Shown piece after piece: positions 15,713 through 24,172 of a stretch of DNA of 32,000 bases. The notes under the pieces were generated by a model, which saw only the letters and a list, made by a program, of their open reading frames with translations, had not been told where the DNA came from and ran no database searches. This DNA is from Floridaenema aerugineum BLCC-F46 (GTDB taxonomy: Bacteria; Cyanobacteriota; Cyanobacteriia; Cyanobacteriales; Aerosakkonemataceae): NCBI RefSeq assembly GCF_041929345.1, contig NZ_JBHFNQ010000161.1:1-32000 (forward strand). Reading direction: 5' to 3'. How positions within the stretch are numbered: position 1 is the stretch's first letter; each line of letters starts with the position of its first letter. A program made the translations under genes and the position numbers.

Positions 15713-16838
15713 ATGCTCGAATTAGTAGACATCAAACGCGAAATCGAAAGTTTATCTCATCGCCTGGGTAAAACCCAGGACTATCTTTGACATACCTGCT
15801 CTGACTGCTAAAATTCAAGACTTAGAGCAGATAGCCTCGCAACCAGAATTTTGGAACGATCAAGACTCGGCTCAACAAACTCTGCAAGAACTGAATGATT
15901 TGAAATCGCACTTACAGCAGTTCTATGACTGGAAAAGTAGCTTGGAAGATACTAGAGCGATCGTAGAATTGCTAGAGTTAGAAGCCGACACTGCATTATT
16001 AACCGAAGCCCAAACTAACCTAAGTAACCTCAACCGAGAACTAGAACGCTGGGAATTACAACAGTTATTATCCGGCCCTTATGATGATCAAGGCGCAGTT
16101 TTAACAATTAATGCAGGTGCCGGAGGTACAGACGCACAAGACTGGGCAGAAATGTTACTGCGAATGTACAGACGTTGGGCAGAAAGCCAAGGTTACAAAG
16201 TGCATTTAGCAGAAATTTCCCAAGGGGATGAAGCAGGAATTAAATCTGCTACCTTGGAAATTGAAGGGCGTTACGCTTACGGTTACTTAAAAGCTGAAAA
16301 AGGCACTCACCGCCTAGTCAGAATTTCGCCCTTTAATGCTAACGGTAAAAGACAAACCAGCTTTGCAGGCGTAGAAGTCATGCCAATTCTAGACCACTCC
16401 GTAGAATTGGACATCCCAGACAAAGACTTAGAAATTACCACCTCTCGTTCTGGCGGAAAAGGCGGGCAAAACGTTAACAAAGTAGAAACAGCGGTACAAA
16501 TTAAGCACATCCCCACTGGTATTGCTGTCCGCTGTACTGAAGAACGCTCTCAGCTACAAAACAAGGAGAAAGCCTTAGCTAGACTCAAAGCAAAACTACT
16601 AGTAATAGCCCAAGAACAACGCGCCCAAGAAATCGCCGAAATTCGCGGAGACATAGTAGAAGCTGCTTGGGGCAACCAAATCCGTAATTACGTTTTCCAT
16701 CCCTATCAAATGGTAAAGGATGTCCGTACCAGTGTAGAAACTACTGCAATTACGGATGTCATGAACGGCGAACTCGATCCATTTATTCAAGCTTACCTAC
16801 GCCAAGAAAATCAATTGGTGGAAAGTAATTCTGCTTAG
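15713..16838 (+). CDS. prfB: Peptide chain release factor 2 (requires a programmed +1 frameshift)
   Basis: ORF1 '[25 protein letters not shown]' (15713-15790) continues in the +1 frame as '[22 protein letters not shown]...'. The downstream frame carries 'SPF', '[12 protein letters not shown]' (GGQ) and the rest of the RF2 core (ORF track 15900..16838). Confidence 0.92.
15782..15791 (+). promoter_or_regulatory. RF2 autoregulatory +1 frameshift site TAT CTT TGA C
   Basis: The in-frame UGA at 15788-15790 is preceded by CUU and followed by C. SD-like AGGA lies 4 nt upstream of TAT. The frame arithmetic (15713 in frame 2, 15789 in frame 0) fits a +1 shift. Confidence 0.9.
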
Positions 16839-16882
16839 GCAGAGGGGCTCCAGGGGCAGAGGGGCTCCAGGCGCAGAGGGGC
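16839..16882. repeat. 17-nt tandem repeat (GCAGAGGGGCTCCAGGG) x about 2.6
   Basis: 'GCAGAGGGGC' recurs at 16839, 16856 and 16873, starting immediately after the prfB stop. Confidence 0.85.
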
Positions 16883-16905
16883 AAAAAACTCCTTAACTCA
16901 AAACT

Positions 16906-16980
16906 CTCTCCAGGGCGGGTTTTGTATTTGACTCTTCTGTTGTGAGTAAAGATTTATCTGCTCTCACCCGCCCTGGAGAG
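16906..16980. repeat. Inverted-repeat element (15-bp perfect arms, 45-nt spacer)
   Basis: 'CTCTCCAGGGCGGGT' (16906-16920) is the exact reverse complement of 'ACCCGCCCTGGAGAG' (16966-16980). Confidence 0.85.
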
Positions 16981-17002
16981 TGAAAACTCTCAGAGTCTCC
17001 AG

Positions 17003-17026
17003 TCACCTTGTCACCTTGTCACCTTG
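17003..17026. repeat. Octamer tandem repeat (TCACCTTG)x3
   Basis: The periodicity is read directly from the sequence. Confidence 0.85.
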
Positions 17027-17163
17027 TCCCAAGAGCCTCCGTATTGATTGTCTTAAACAAATTCTGAGGATCGGTAATACTATGCTGTGAAGGGACTAAT
17101 CAAACTTGTTACATTGAAATGGAAAAATAGTAGCTAGTATATTCTGTAGAATTAAAAATCGTT

Positions 17164-17379
17164 ATGAGTAACCCAACTTCACCCACCCAACCACCGGAAG
17201 TTTCTCCCTGTGAAACTACCACGCCACCTGTAGGAACTACTGGTGAACCACGGCCTAGTTATGTGAAACTGGCAATGCGTAATATGGTACGTAAGCGGGG
17301 TACTTCTCTGAAACACTTTTTTCTGACGACTATTAGCTTGTTAGGGGTTCTGATAGGTCTTTCTTATCTAACTCGTTGA
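17164..17379 (+). CDS. Small membrane-anchored protein (resembles cyanobacterial DUF3285)
   Basis: 71 aa with a P/T-rich N-terminus, a basic block 'PSYVKLAMRNMVRKRGTSLKHF', and a single C-terminal TM segment. It lies directly upstream of ybeY. The family name is recalled from memory and not verified. Confidence 0.6.
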   Translation: MSNPTSPTQPPEVSPCETTTPPVGTTGEPRPSYVKLAMRNMVRKRGTSLKHFFLTTISLLGVLIGLSYLTR

Positions 17380-17424
17380 TAAATAGAAAAATTTGGATGG
17401 GAATTCGGAATCGGAGGATTTGGC

Positions 17425-17916
17425 GTGGAAGTAGAACTGAATGTACAGGATTATTTTTCGGAGTCATCCCTAACTACTGGGGTTGATGAGGAAACCTGGC
17501 AGAACTGGTTCTACGCTTGGCTAGAAACTTTGCAACCCAACAATTCCTCAGCAAAAAGCTATGAACTTAGCCTCCGCCTCACTGACGATGCGGAAATTCA
17601 CTCACTTAACGCTCAGTATCGTCAGCAAGATAAGCCAACAGATGTTTTAGCATTTGCGGCTTTAGAAGTTGATATTCCTCAGCCAGATGAAATGCTAGAG
17701 TCTTTGCCGCTCTACCTGGGTGATATTGTAATTTCTGTTGATACTGCTCAAAGGCAGGCAATACAACAAGGTCACTCTTTGCAAATAGAGTTAGCTTGGT
17801 TAGCTGCTCATGGCTTACTTCATCTTTTAGGATGGGATCATCCTGATGATGAGAGTTTGAGGCGGATGCTGCATCAACAGACTAGCTTGTTGGAAACTAT
17901 TGGCCTTGCTATTTAG
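17425..17916 (+). CDS. ybeY: rRNA maturation endoribonuclease YbeY
   Basis: 163 aa with the zinc-binding motif '[11 protein letters not shown]'. It starts at GTG with GGAGG 8 nt upstream. Confidence 0.9.
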   Translation: MEVELNVQDYFSESSLTTGVDEETWQNWFYAWLETLQPNNSSAKSYELSLRLTDDAEIHSLNAQYRQQDKPTDVLAFAALEVDIPQPDEMLESLPLYLGDIVISVDTAQRQAIQQGHSLQIELAWLAAHGLLHLLGWDHPDDESLRRMLHQQTSLLETIGLAI

Positions 17917-17934
17917 ACAAAATAAGTATTTCTT

Positions 17935-18621
17935 ATGTCTGTGCAGGCAGTAGAACGGGTTGATTTTAATTTATTCTTTTCTCTGTGTGTGCTAGACATG
18001 AAACTGAATCAACAACTGATGCCATCAAAAAATTCTAAGTCCTCAAATCGCCATATCGTAGCTACTACTTCCGCTTCTGTGTCTGGTGAGGTTTCGCCAT
18101 CAAATTCCGTTTCTGTGTCTGATGAGATTTCGCCATCAAATTCCGTTTCTGTCTCAGGTGAGGTTTCGCCATCAAACAATAATCAAACGGAACAGGTAGG
18201 ACAGCCAAAGCGTGACCTGGCTTGGCAGGTTGCTTCTAATTTACTGGTAAGTTTTAAGTATGCTTGGGCGGGACTGAGATATGGTTTTGGTACCCAACGT
18301 AATTTTCGCATTCATGTTGCGATCGGAATTCTCGCAATTTCACTAGGCATTTTTCTCCATCTGAGTCCAGTGGAAATGTCTCTGATAGGAATTACGATCG
18401 GATTAGTCCTGGCAATGGAGTTAATTAACACGGCAATTGAGTCAGTAGTTGACTTAACTGTGAAGCAAACTTACCATGAACTAGCTAAGATTGCTAAAGA
18501 TTGTGCAGCGGGTGCTGTGCTAGTTTCCGCTCTGGCAGCTATTTTAGTGGCAGGTTCGTTGTTGTTGCCGCCTCTGTTTGCGCTAATGGTGCAATCAAAT
18601 CTGTTTTCGATTTTTGATTAG
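17935..18621 (+). CDS. dgkA: Diacylglycerol kinase (DgkA) with a repeat-containing N-terminal extension
   Basis: The C-terminal 135 aa or so match prokaryotic DgkA ('FKYAWAGLRYGF', 'ELINTAIESVVD', 'AKDCAAGAVL'). The start is uncertain (Met at 17935, 17998 or 18019). No in-frame start occurs after the repeats. Confidence 0.85.
   Translation: MSVQAVERVDFNLFFSLCVLDMKLNQQLMPSKNSKSSNRHIVATTSASVSGEVSPSNSVSVSDEISPSNSVSVSGEVSPSNNNQTEQVGQPKRDLAWQVASNLLVSFKYAWAGLRYGFGTQRNFRIHVAIGILAISLGIFLHLSPVEMSLIGITIGLVLAMELINTAIESVVDLTVKQTYHELAKIAKDCAAGAVLVSALAAILVAGSLLLPPLFALMVQSNLFSIFD
18076..18183 (+). repeat. In-frame 36-bp tandem repeat x3 within the dgkA 5' region
   Basis: The units start at 18076, 18112 and 18148. 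They encode SVSGEVSPSNSV, SVSDEISPSNSV and SVSGEVSPSNNN. Confidence 0.9.
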
Positions 18622-18743
18622 CAATTTTAGAGAGTAAAATTTAAAATTGTCTCTGTTTTCTCGACCCTTGGCTTTAGCGATCGGGTCAATCTAAAATTGA
18701 GAATCAGAAATCGGAAATTGTTTGGCTAAAGGAGTATAAAAAT

Positions 18744-19331
18744 TTGATTCTAGTAATTGATAATTACGATAGCTTTACTTACAATCTGGTGCAGTATTTG
18801 GGAGAGTTAGCTTCTGAATTCCCTCTAGCTGCTGATATTCAGGTTTACCGCAATGACCAAATTACTTTAGAGCAAATTCGCGAACTCAAACCAGATGGAG
18901 TGGTAATTTCTCCGGGGCCCGGAAGACCTGAAGATGCAGGGATTTCTCCAGATTTGATTCGAGATTTGGGTGCAACTTTACCAATTCTCGGCGTTTGTTT
19001 GGGACATCAGGCAATGGGTCTAGTGTTTGGCGGTAAAATCGTTTCTGCCCCTGAATTAATGCACGGTAAGACTTCTCCGGTTTATCACAAAGGCGTGGGA
19101 GTTTTTCAAGATGTGGAAACTCCAATGACTGCTACTCGTTATCACAGTTTAGTTATTGAGAAAGAAACTTGCCCAGAAGTTTTGGAAATTACTGCTTGGG
19201 TGGAAGATGGCACAATTATGGGTGTGCGTCACCGAGATTATCCCCATATCCAAGGAGTTCAGTTTCACCCAGAAAGTATTCTCACCAATTCGGGAAAACA
19301 ACTGCTGCGGAACTTTCTCAAGTCCCTGTAG
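18744..19331 (+). CDS. trpG: Anthranilate / aminodeoxychorismate synthase glutamine amidotransferase component II
   Basis: 195 aa of class-I GATase with 'ILVIDNYDSFTYNLVQYL', the catalytic 'GVCLGHQ', and 'GVQFHPES'. It starts at TTG with AAGGAG 9 nt upstream. Confidence 0.88.
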   Translation: MILVIDNYDSFTYNLVQYLGELASEFPLAADIQVYRNDQITLEQIRELKPDGVVISPGPGRPEDAGISPDLIRDLGATLPILGVCLGHQAMGLVFGGKIVSAPELMHGKTSPVYHKGVGVFQDVETPMTATRYHSLVIEKETCPEVLEITAWVEDGTIMGVRHRDYPHIQGVQFHPESILTNSGKQLLRNFLKSL

Positions 19332-19336
19332 GTGCA

Positions 19337-19475
19337 GGGGAGATGGGGAGATGGGGAGATGGGGGGATGGGGGGATAATTTATTTAACTACCTCCCTACC
19401 TCCCTACCTCCCTACCTCCCTACCTCCCTAACCCCTAACCCCTAACCCCGCCCCAGTCCCCAGTCCCCAGTCCCC
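19337..19475. repeat. Cluster of short tandem repeats (STRR-type)
   Basis: (GGGGAGAT)n spans 19337-19374, (CTACCTCC)x5 spans 19388-19427, (CCCTAAC)x about 3 spans about 19426-19449, and (CCCCAGT)x3 spans 19451-19475. CCCCAGT matches the STRR1 heptamer described for filamentous cyanobacteria. Confidence 0.9.
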
Positions 19476-19520
19476 TTTTAAAGGGTAGAATCTCTATGGT
19501 TGTGTAAAAAATAGGGAATC

Positions 19521-20336
19521 ATGAAACGGCGAAAGTTGCTACGTTATACGGGGGCGAGTTTGCTTACAGCTTTTGGTACTGCTATTGCTTCAGGATGGCA
19601 AGCAACGCAAGCCCAAACGGGTAATTCGCTGTCAATTAGATGGCTGGGGCACACTTGCTTTTTGTTTACTAGTGGTAATCAGCGTGTTTTAGTGAATCCT
19701 TTTCGCAGAATTGGTTGTACTGCTGGTTATCGTTTGCCAAATGTACAGGCAGATTTGGTGTTAATTAGTAGTCAATTGTTTGATGAAGGTGCGGTGGAAG
19801 GATTGCCTGGTAATCCTAAAATACTTTATGAACCGGGTGTTTATCAGTTTAACGGTATTCAGTATCAAGGTATTCGTACTTATCATGATACGCTGGGTGG
19901 ACGCAGGTTTGGGACGAATGTTGCTTGGCGTTGGACTCAAGGTGGGATTAATATTTTGCATTTAGGAGGGGCGGCTGCACCAATTGAAATTGAGCAAAGA
20001 ATTCTCATGGGAAAACCAGATTTGTTGCTGGTTCCTGTGGGTGGTGGTGCGAAAGCTTATAATCCAAATCAAGCAATGGAAGCAATTAAATCTCTGAATC
20101 CAAAGTTGGTAATTCCTACTCATTACCGGACTCAGGCTGCTGATGCTAATAGTTGCGATATTGTGGGTGTGGAGGAGTTTTTGAAGTTGACGGATGGTAG
20201 TGGTATGCCTATTCGCAATATTAATAGTGATTCTGTAACTATTAATGCTGCTGATTTGCCTGCTAGTGGTTCTACTGTTAAGATTTTGAGTTATCAGTTT
20301 AATTCTGTTCCTGTTGAGCCAAGACGGAGTAGTTAA
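19521..20336 (+). CDS. Secreted MBL-fold metallo-hydrolase (UlaG/YtkL-like)
   Basis: 271 aa with an N-terminal signal containing 'RRKLLRYTGASLL...AQA' (Tat/Sec-like). 'IRWLGHTCFLF' is typical of this beta-lactamase-fold subgroup. Confidence 0.7.
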   Translation: MKRRKLLRYTGASLLTAFGTAIASGWQATQAQTGNSLSIRWLGHTCFLFTSGNQRVLVNPFRRIGCTAGYRLPNVQADLVLISSQLFDEGAVEGLPGNPKILYEPGVYQFNGIQYQGIRTYHDTLGGRRFGTNVAWRWTQGGINILHLGGAAAPIEIEQRILMGKPDLLLVPVGGGAKAYNPNQAMEAIKSLNPKLVIPTHYRTQAADANSCDIVGVEEFLKLTDGSGMPIRNINSDSVTINAADLPASGSTVKILSYQFNSVPVEPRRSS

Positions 20337-20355
20337 AGGTTTTATCAATTCTTAA

Positions 20356-20396
20356 AGTTTGTAGTAAGGGAACGACTGAAGTCGCTACTACAAACT
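20356..20396. repeat. Hairpin repeat AGTTTGTAGTA...TACTACAAACT (possible terminator of the preceding gene)
   Basis: An 11-bp perfect stem (20356-20366 and 20386-20396) encloses an inner CGAC/GTCG stem. It starts 20 nt after the stop at 20336. No U-tract is present. Confidence 0.6.
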
Positions 20397-20472
20397 TACA
20401 AGGTTACAAAGTTATTTCGCGCTAATTAACTAAAGTTAGAATATCATAATAGTTTTTAGATAGTCAGCACTT

Positions 20473-21762
20473 ATGCAAACAGAGTACAAAAAGCGTCGGG
20501 AAGAGTTAATGGCGAAAATTGGCAATGGTGTTGCTATTTTTCGCAGTGCGCCTGTGGCGGTGATGCACAATGATGTGGAGTATGCTTACCGACAAGATAG
20601 CGATTTTTATTATTTGACGGGGTTTAATGAGGCGGATGCGGTAGCAGTTTTAGCACCTCATCATGCGGAACATCGGTTTATTTTGTTTGTGCAACCAAAA
20701 GATAAAGAAAAGGAAGTTTGGACGGGATATCGAGTAGGGGTGGATGCGGCGAAGGAAAAGTATGGTGCTGATGAGGCTTATCTGATTACTGAATTAGATG
20801 AAAAGTTGCCACAGTATTTGGAGAAAGCTGATAGAATTTATTATCATTTGGGACGCGATCGCAAATTTAATGAAACTATCCTTTCCCATTGGCAAAGGTT
20901 AATTGCTACTTATTCTAAACGGGGTACAGGTCCGATCGCTATTGAAGATTCTAATTTTATACTTCATCCGATGCGCTTGATTAAAAGTGAGGCGGAATTA
21001 GAATTGATGAGAAAGGCGATCGCAATTTCTGTAGAAGCACATAATCACGCCAGAGAATTCGCTAAACCAGGACGTTACGAATACGAAATTCAAGCAGAAA
21101 TGGAACATATTTTTCGCTTGCGGGGTGGCATGGGGCCAGCTTATCCTTCGATTGTAGCTTCGGGCGCGAATGCTTGCATTTTACATTATATTGAGAACGA
21201 TCGGCAATTACAAGAAAATGATTTGCTGTTAATTGATGCAGGTTGTTGCTATCAATATTATAACGGCGATATTACCCGGACATTTCCCGTAAATGGCAAA
21301 TTTACACCGGAACAAAAGATTATTTACGATTTAGTTTTGACTGCACAATTAGCTGCGATCGACCAAGTAAAACCGGGAAATCCTTGGAACTTAGGACATG
21401 ATACCGCAGTGCGAATTTTGACGGAAGGGTTAGTTGAGTTGGGACTGTTACAAGGTGACATCGAAGAAATAATTAAAGAGGAGAAATACAAGGCATTTTA
21501 TATGCACAAAACCGGACATTGGTTAGGTTTAGATGTGCATGATGCAGGTATTTATAAATATGGTGAAGATGCTTGGCAAACTTTACAACCGGGACAAATT
21601 TTAACTGTAGAACCAGGAATTTATATTTCACCTGATTACCAACCAGCAGAAGGACAACCTGAGATAGATGACAGATGGCGCGGTATTGGAGTTCGTATAG
21701 AAGATGATGTGTTAGTCACCGAGTCAGGAAATGAAATTTTGACTGCTGGTGTACCCAAATAA
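20473..21762 (+). CDS. pepP: Xaa-Pro aminopeptidase (M24B)
   Basis: 429 aa with an N-terminal AMP_N-like region ('YRQDSDFYYLTGF') and pita-bread metal ligands in 'LIDAGCCYQYYNGDITRTFP', 'HKTGHWLGLDVHD', 'LTVEPGIY' and 'GVRIEDDV'. Confidence 0.88.
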   Translation: MQTEYKKRREELMAKIGNGVAIFRSAPVAVMHNDVEYAYRQDSDFYYLTGFNEADAVAVLAPHHAEHRFILFVQPKDKEKEVWTGYRVGVDAAKEKYGADEAYLITELDEKLPQYLEKADRIYYHLGRDRKFNETILSHWQRLIATYSKRGTGPIAIEDSNFILHPMRLIKSEAELELMRKAIAISVEAHNHAREFAKPGRYEYEIQAEMEHIFRLRGGMGPAYPSIVASGANACILHYIENDRQLQENDLLLIDAGCCYQYYNGDITRTFPVNGKFTPEQKIIYDLVLTAQLAAIDQVKPGNPWNLGHDTAVRILTEGLVELGLLQGDIEEIIKEEKYKAFYMHKTGHWLGLDVHDAGIYKYGEDAWQTLQPGQILTVEPGIYISPDYQPAEGQPEIDDRWRGIGVRIEDDVLVTESGNEILTAGVPK

Positions 21763-21779
21763 AACCGCTTTCTATCAAG

Positions 21780-23330
21780 GAATGATGGGAGCGTGAGAAC
21801 CCCTAGCTTTTAAGTAGGGGATGAAACGCAACGCACGGGGATTAATCCCCGTGTTTCTTCGCTCAATTTAAGATATACTAAAAACATAAAAGGAGGTGAT
21901 AACTCTGTTTAAGACTGTTCCAATTAAAGCTAAGTTTACCGAAGAAGAAAAAGTTTTTTGGGTTGACCAAGGTAAAAATTCAAATAGCTTAATAAATTGC
22001 GCCATTTACCATACTCGTCAAGTCTACTACGATAGGCTGTCAAATATGGATAATTCCTTCACAACTTATTGGGTTGGCGATGAACTGCGGTCGGGATGGA
22101 AGACATATAGGTGTCACACAACTTATCCACAGTTAGACAAAGTGCACAAAGACAATCCCCACTACAAAGCATTGGCAGCACAAGCCGCACAACAAACTTT
22201 GCAAACGGTTGGTGAATCAATTAATAGTTACAACAAATTGGTAAATCTCTACTACCAAGGAGAAGTTGACAGGCCATCATTACCTAAATATCGAAAGAAG
22301 GGCGGACTAGCAGCAATTACCTTCCCAAAACAAGCACTCATTTACAAAAATGGGTGCTTTTATCCGTCTGTGAGTAGGGAAACAAAACCTGAATTGATTA
22401 CAGAAATTTCACTTCTTTTGCCAGAATTTATCGATGCTGATTGGGTGAGAGAAGTGAGAATTCGCCCTAATTTAGGAGAATTCTGGATCGACTGGATAAT
22501 TGACGACGGAAAAAAGCCAATTAATATCAACCCTAACCTGGATTACACTCAAGCGTGGGGATTCGATCATGGTGGAACTAATTGGTTAACTGGTGTTTCT
22601 ACTCACGGAAAAAGCCTGATTATTGATGGTAAAAAACTGAAATCAATGAATCAAGGTTACTGTCGTTTGGTAGCTAAATACAAACAAGGGAAATCCGAAT
22701 TTTATTGGGATGAAAACCTGGACAGAATTCAGCGTAAACGTAACAATCAAATGCGCGATGCGATTAATAAGGCTGCTAGATTTATTATCAATCAATGCTT
22801 AAATGACCGGATTGGGAATTTGGTGATCGGCTGGAATGAATCACAGAAAAACCGCCCTGATATGGGAAAACGCAACAATCAAAATTTTGTTGTTATCCCT
22901 ACGGGACGGTTAATCGAAAGACTCAAACAACTTTGTTCTGAGTACGGAATTCAACTTACGATTACCGAGGAAGCCAATACTTCTGTCGCTTCATTTCTTG
23001 ATGGTGACTCTCTACCAAAACACGGTGAAAAACCCGAAACGTGGAAGGCATCTGGTACAAGAATTAGGCGTGGTTTGTATCGCACGAAGTTGGGTTGTTT
23101 AGTCAACGCTGATGCGAACGCAGCCGCGAACATTATCAAGAAGGTAGCCACACAGCTAGGCGTTTGCCTAGCCGAGGTGGGTAGGGCATCTTTGACAATG
23201 CCACAACGAATTGATTTGTTCAATAGGTTGGATAAATCATATCGTAAAAAGACGTTGCGTAGCGTATCTTTAGATCGCTACGCAACATCCTTTTAGAATC
23301 CCCTTTGTTTCAAAAAGGGGAGATGTCAAG
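21780..23330 (+). mobile_element. tnpA-less IS200/IS605-family (IS1341-like) element carrying tnpB
   Basis: Similar same-orientation subterminal hairpins lie at 21796-21823 (left) and 23295-23325 (right). The near-repeat T(A/G)TCAAG lies at 21773-21779 (flank) and 23324-23330 (right terminus). There is a single tnpB ORF and no Y1 transposase. Confidence 0.7.
21896..23296 (+). CDS. tnpB: TnpB-family (IS200/IS605 OrfB) RNA-guided endonuclease-like protein
   Basis: 466 aa with RuvC-like 'GFDHGGTNWLT', 'LTITEEANTSVASF' and 'LVNADANAAANIIKK', plus 'GKRNNQNFVVIPTGRLIERLKQLCSEYGI' typical of the OrfB core. It starts at GTG directly after AAGGAGG. Confidence 0.88.
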   Translation: MITLFKTVPIKAKFTEEEKVFWVDQGKNSNSLINCAIYHTRQVYYDRLSNMDNSFTTYWVGDELRSGWKTYRCHTTYPQLDKVHKDNPHYKALAAQAAQQTLQTVGESINSYNKLVNLYYQGEVDRPSLPKYRKKGGLAAITFPKQALIYKNGCFYPSVSRETKPELITEISLLLPEFIDADWVREVRIRPNLGEFWIDWIIDDGKKPININPNLDYTQAWGFDHGGTNWLTGVSTHGKSLIIDGKKLKSMNQGYCRLVAKYKQGKSEFYWDENLDRIQRKRNNQMRDAINKAARFIINQCLNDRIGNLVIGWNESQKNRPDMGKRNNQNFVVIPTGRLIERLKQLCSEYGIQLTITEEANTSVASFLDGDSLPKHGEKPETWKASGTRIRRGLYRTKLGCLVNADANAAANIIKKVATQLGVCLAEVGRASLTMPQRIDLFNRLDKSYRKKTLRSVSLDRYATSF

Positions 23331-23350
23331 ATGGATTTACTGTTTAAGAT
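23150..23350 (+). ncRNA. Putative omega/reRNA of the TnpB element (scaffold plus flanking guide)
   Basis: Stacked hairpins overlap the tnpB 3' end and right end: a 7-bp stem at 23155-23172, an 11-bp stem at 23254-23286 and a 7-bp stem at 23300-23320. The call is by position only, by analogy with characterised TnpB systems. The ends are not determined. Confidence 0.3.
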
Positions 23351-23891
23351 TGATTGGTATAAGGTATTGGTTCCCAGTACCTCAATTGCCGAACTTTTTG
23401 TGCGCGGAACGCTAGTTTATTTGATGTTATTTGCGATTCTGCGCTTTCTTCCTAACCGTCAAATTGGTACGGTGGGAATTTCCGATTTGCTAGTAGTAGT
23501 GTTGTTTGCTGAAGCTGCCCAAAATGCAATGGCAAGCAACTATACGGCGATTTCTGATGGTGTAATTTTAGTAAGTACAATTATTTTCTGGAGTTACACC
23601 TTAAATTGGTTGGGTTTCAAATTTCGGAGGTTTCAGCGCTTTTTAAATCCGCCGCCAACACCATTGGTAGTTAATGGCAGAATGATGCGACAAAATTTGG
23701 AACAACAATTAATTAGTCAAGATGAATTAATGAGTATGCTGCGGAAACAGGGAGTGCAAAAAATGAGTGAAGTAAAATTAGCATTTATGGAGTCGGATGG
23801 CAACATTAGTGTGATTACTAACTCAGCAAAATCTACTATTTCTAAAGAAGTATCACAGGATGAATCTGAACTTATGCCACAGAATAAATAA
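23331..23891 (+). CDS. DUF421 (YetF-like) membrane protein
   Basis: 186 aa with N-terminal TM segments ('LVYLMLFAILRFLPNRQIG', 'ISDLLVVVLFAEAA') followed by a soluble C-terminal domain, as in the YetF/DUF421 family. Confidence 0.7.
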   Translation: MDLLFKIDWYKVLVPSTSIAELFVRGTLVYLMLFAILRFLPNRQIGTVGISDLLVVVLFAEAAQNAMASNYTAISDGVILVSTIIFWSYTLNWLGFKFRRFQRFLNPPPTPLVVNGRMMRQNLEQQLISQDELMSMLRKQGVQKMSEVKLAFMESDGNISVITNSAKSTISKEVSQDESELMPQNK

Positions 23892-24172
23892 TTTGATGTC
23901 CGAGAATTTTCAGCAACTAGGCTTTTTGGGTTGCTACTGAAGCAGGGTAAGTTGAGTAAAAGTACTTAATTACTCTGCTAAGTTATTAATTTACTTGCTG
24001 CTAGAGAGATGCAGAAAAGTTAGATAAGGTCATAAAATTAACTATTGTTACTGCGGTTACTCGCTGATATGGCTAGAGATAATAATTTTTTTTACTGTTT
24101 CGGGAAAATAGTTTGCAACGGACGGAAAATTAAGTAAATTACTGTTAGTGAAAATAGGTTGGGGCTGGAGCA

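Noticed and set aside
19156-19431. Two overlapping ORFs (91 and 69 aa) with 'GEMGRWGDGG' repeats.
   Set aside because: They are out-of-frame overlaps of the trpG 3' end that read through the STRR microsatellites.
19426-19449. A telomere-like CCCTAAC repeat.
   Set aside because: There are only about 3 units, embedded among other heptamer and octamer STRR arrays typical of filamentous cyanobacteria. Nothing suggests a linear replicon end.
21791-21827. A sequence resembling a single CRISPR repeat, ending in ...GGGGATGAAAC, upstream of tnpB.
   Set aside because: Only one copy is present, with no spacer-repeat periodicity. Its hairpin matches the one at the other end of the tnpB element, so it is interpreted as the IS200/IS605 left-end hairpin.
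23896-23941. A 14-codon mini-ORF (MSENFQQLGFLGCY) after the DUF421 gene.
   Set aside because: It is too short, has no RBS, and overlaps a hairpin. It is indistinguishable from chance.
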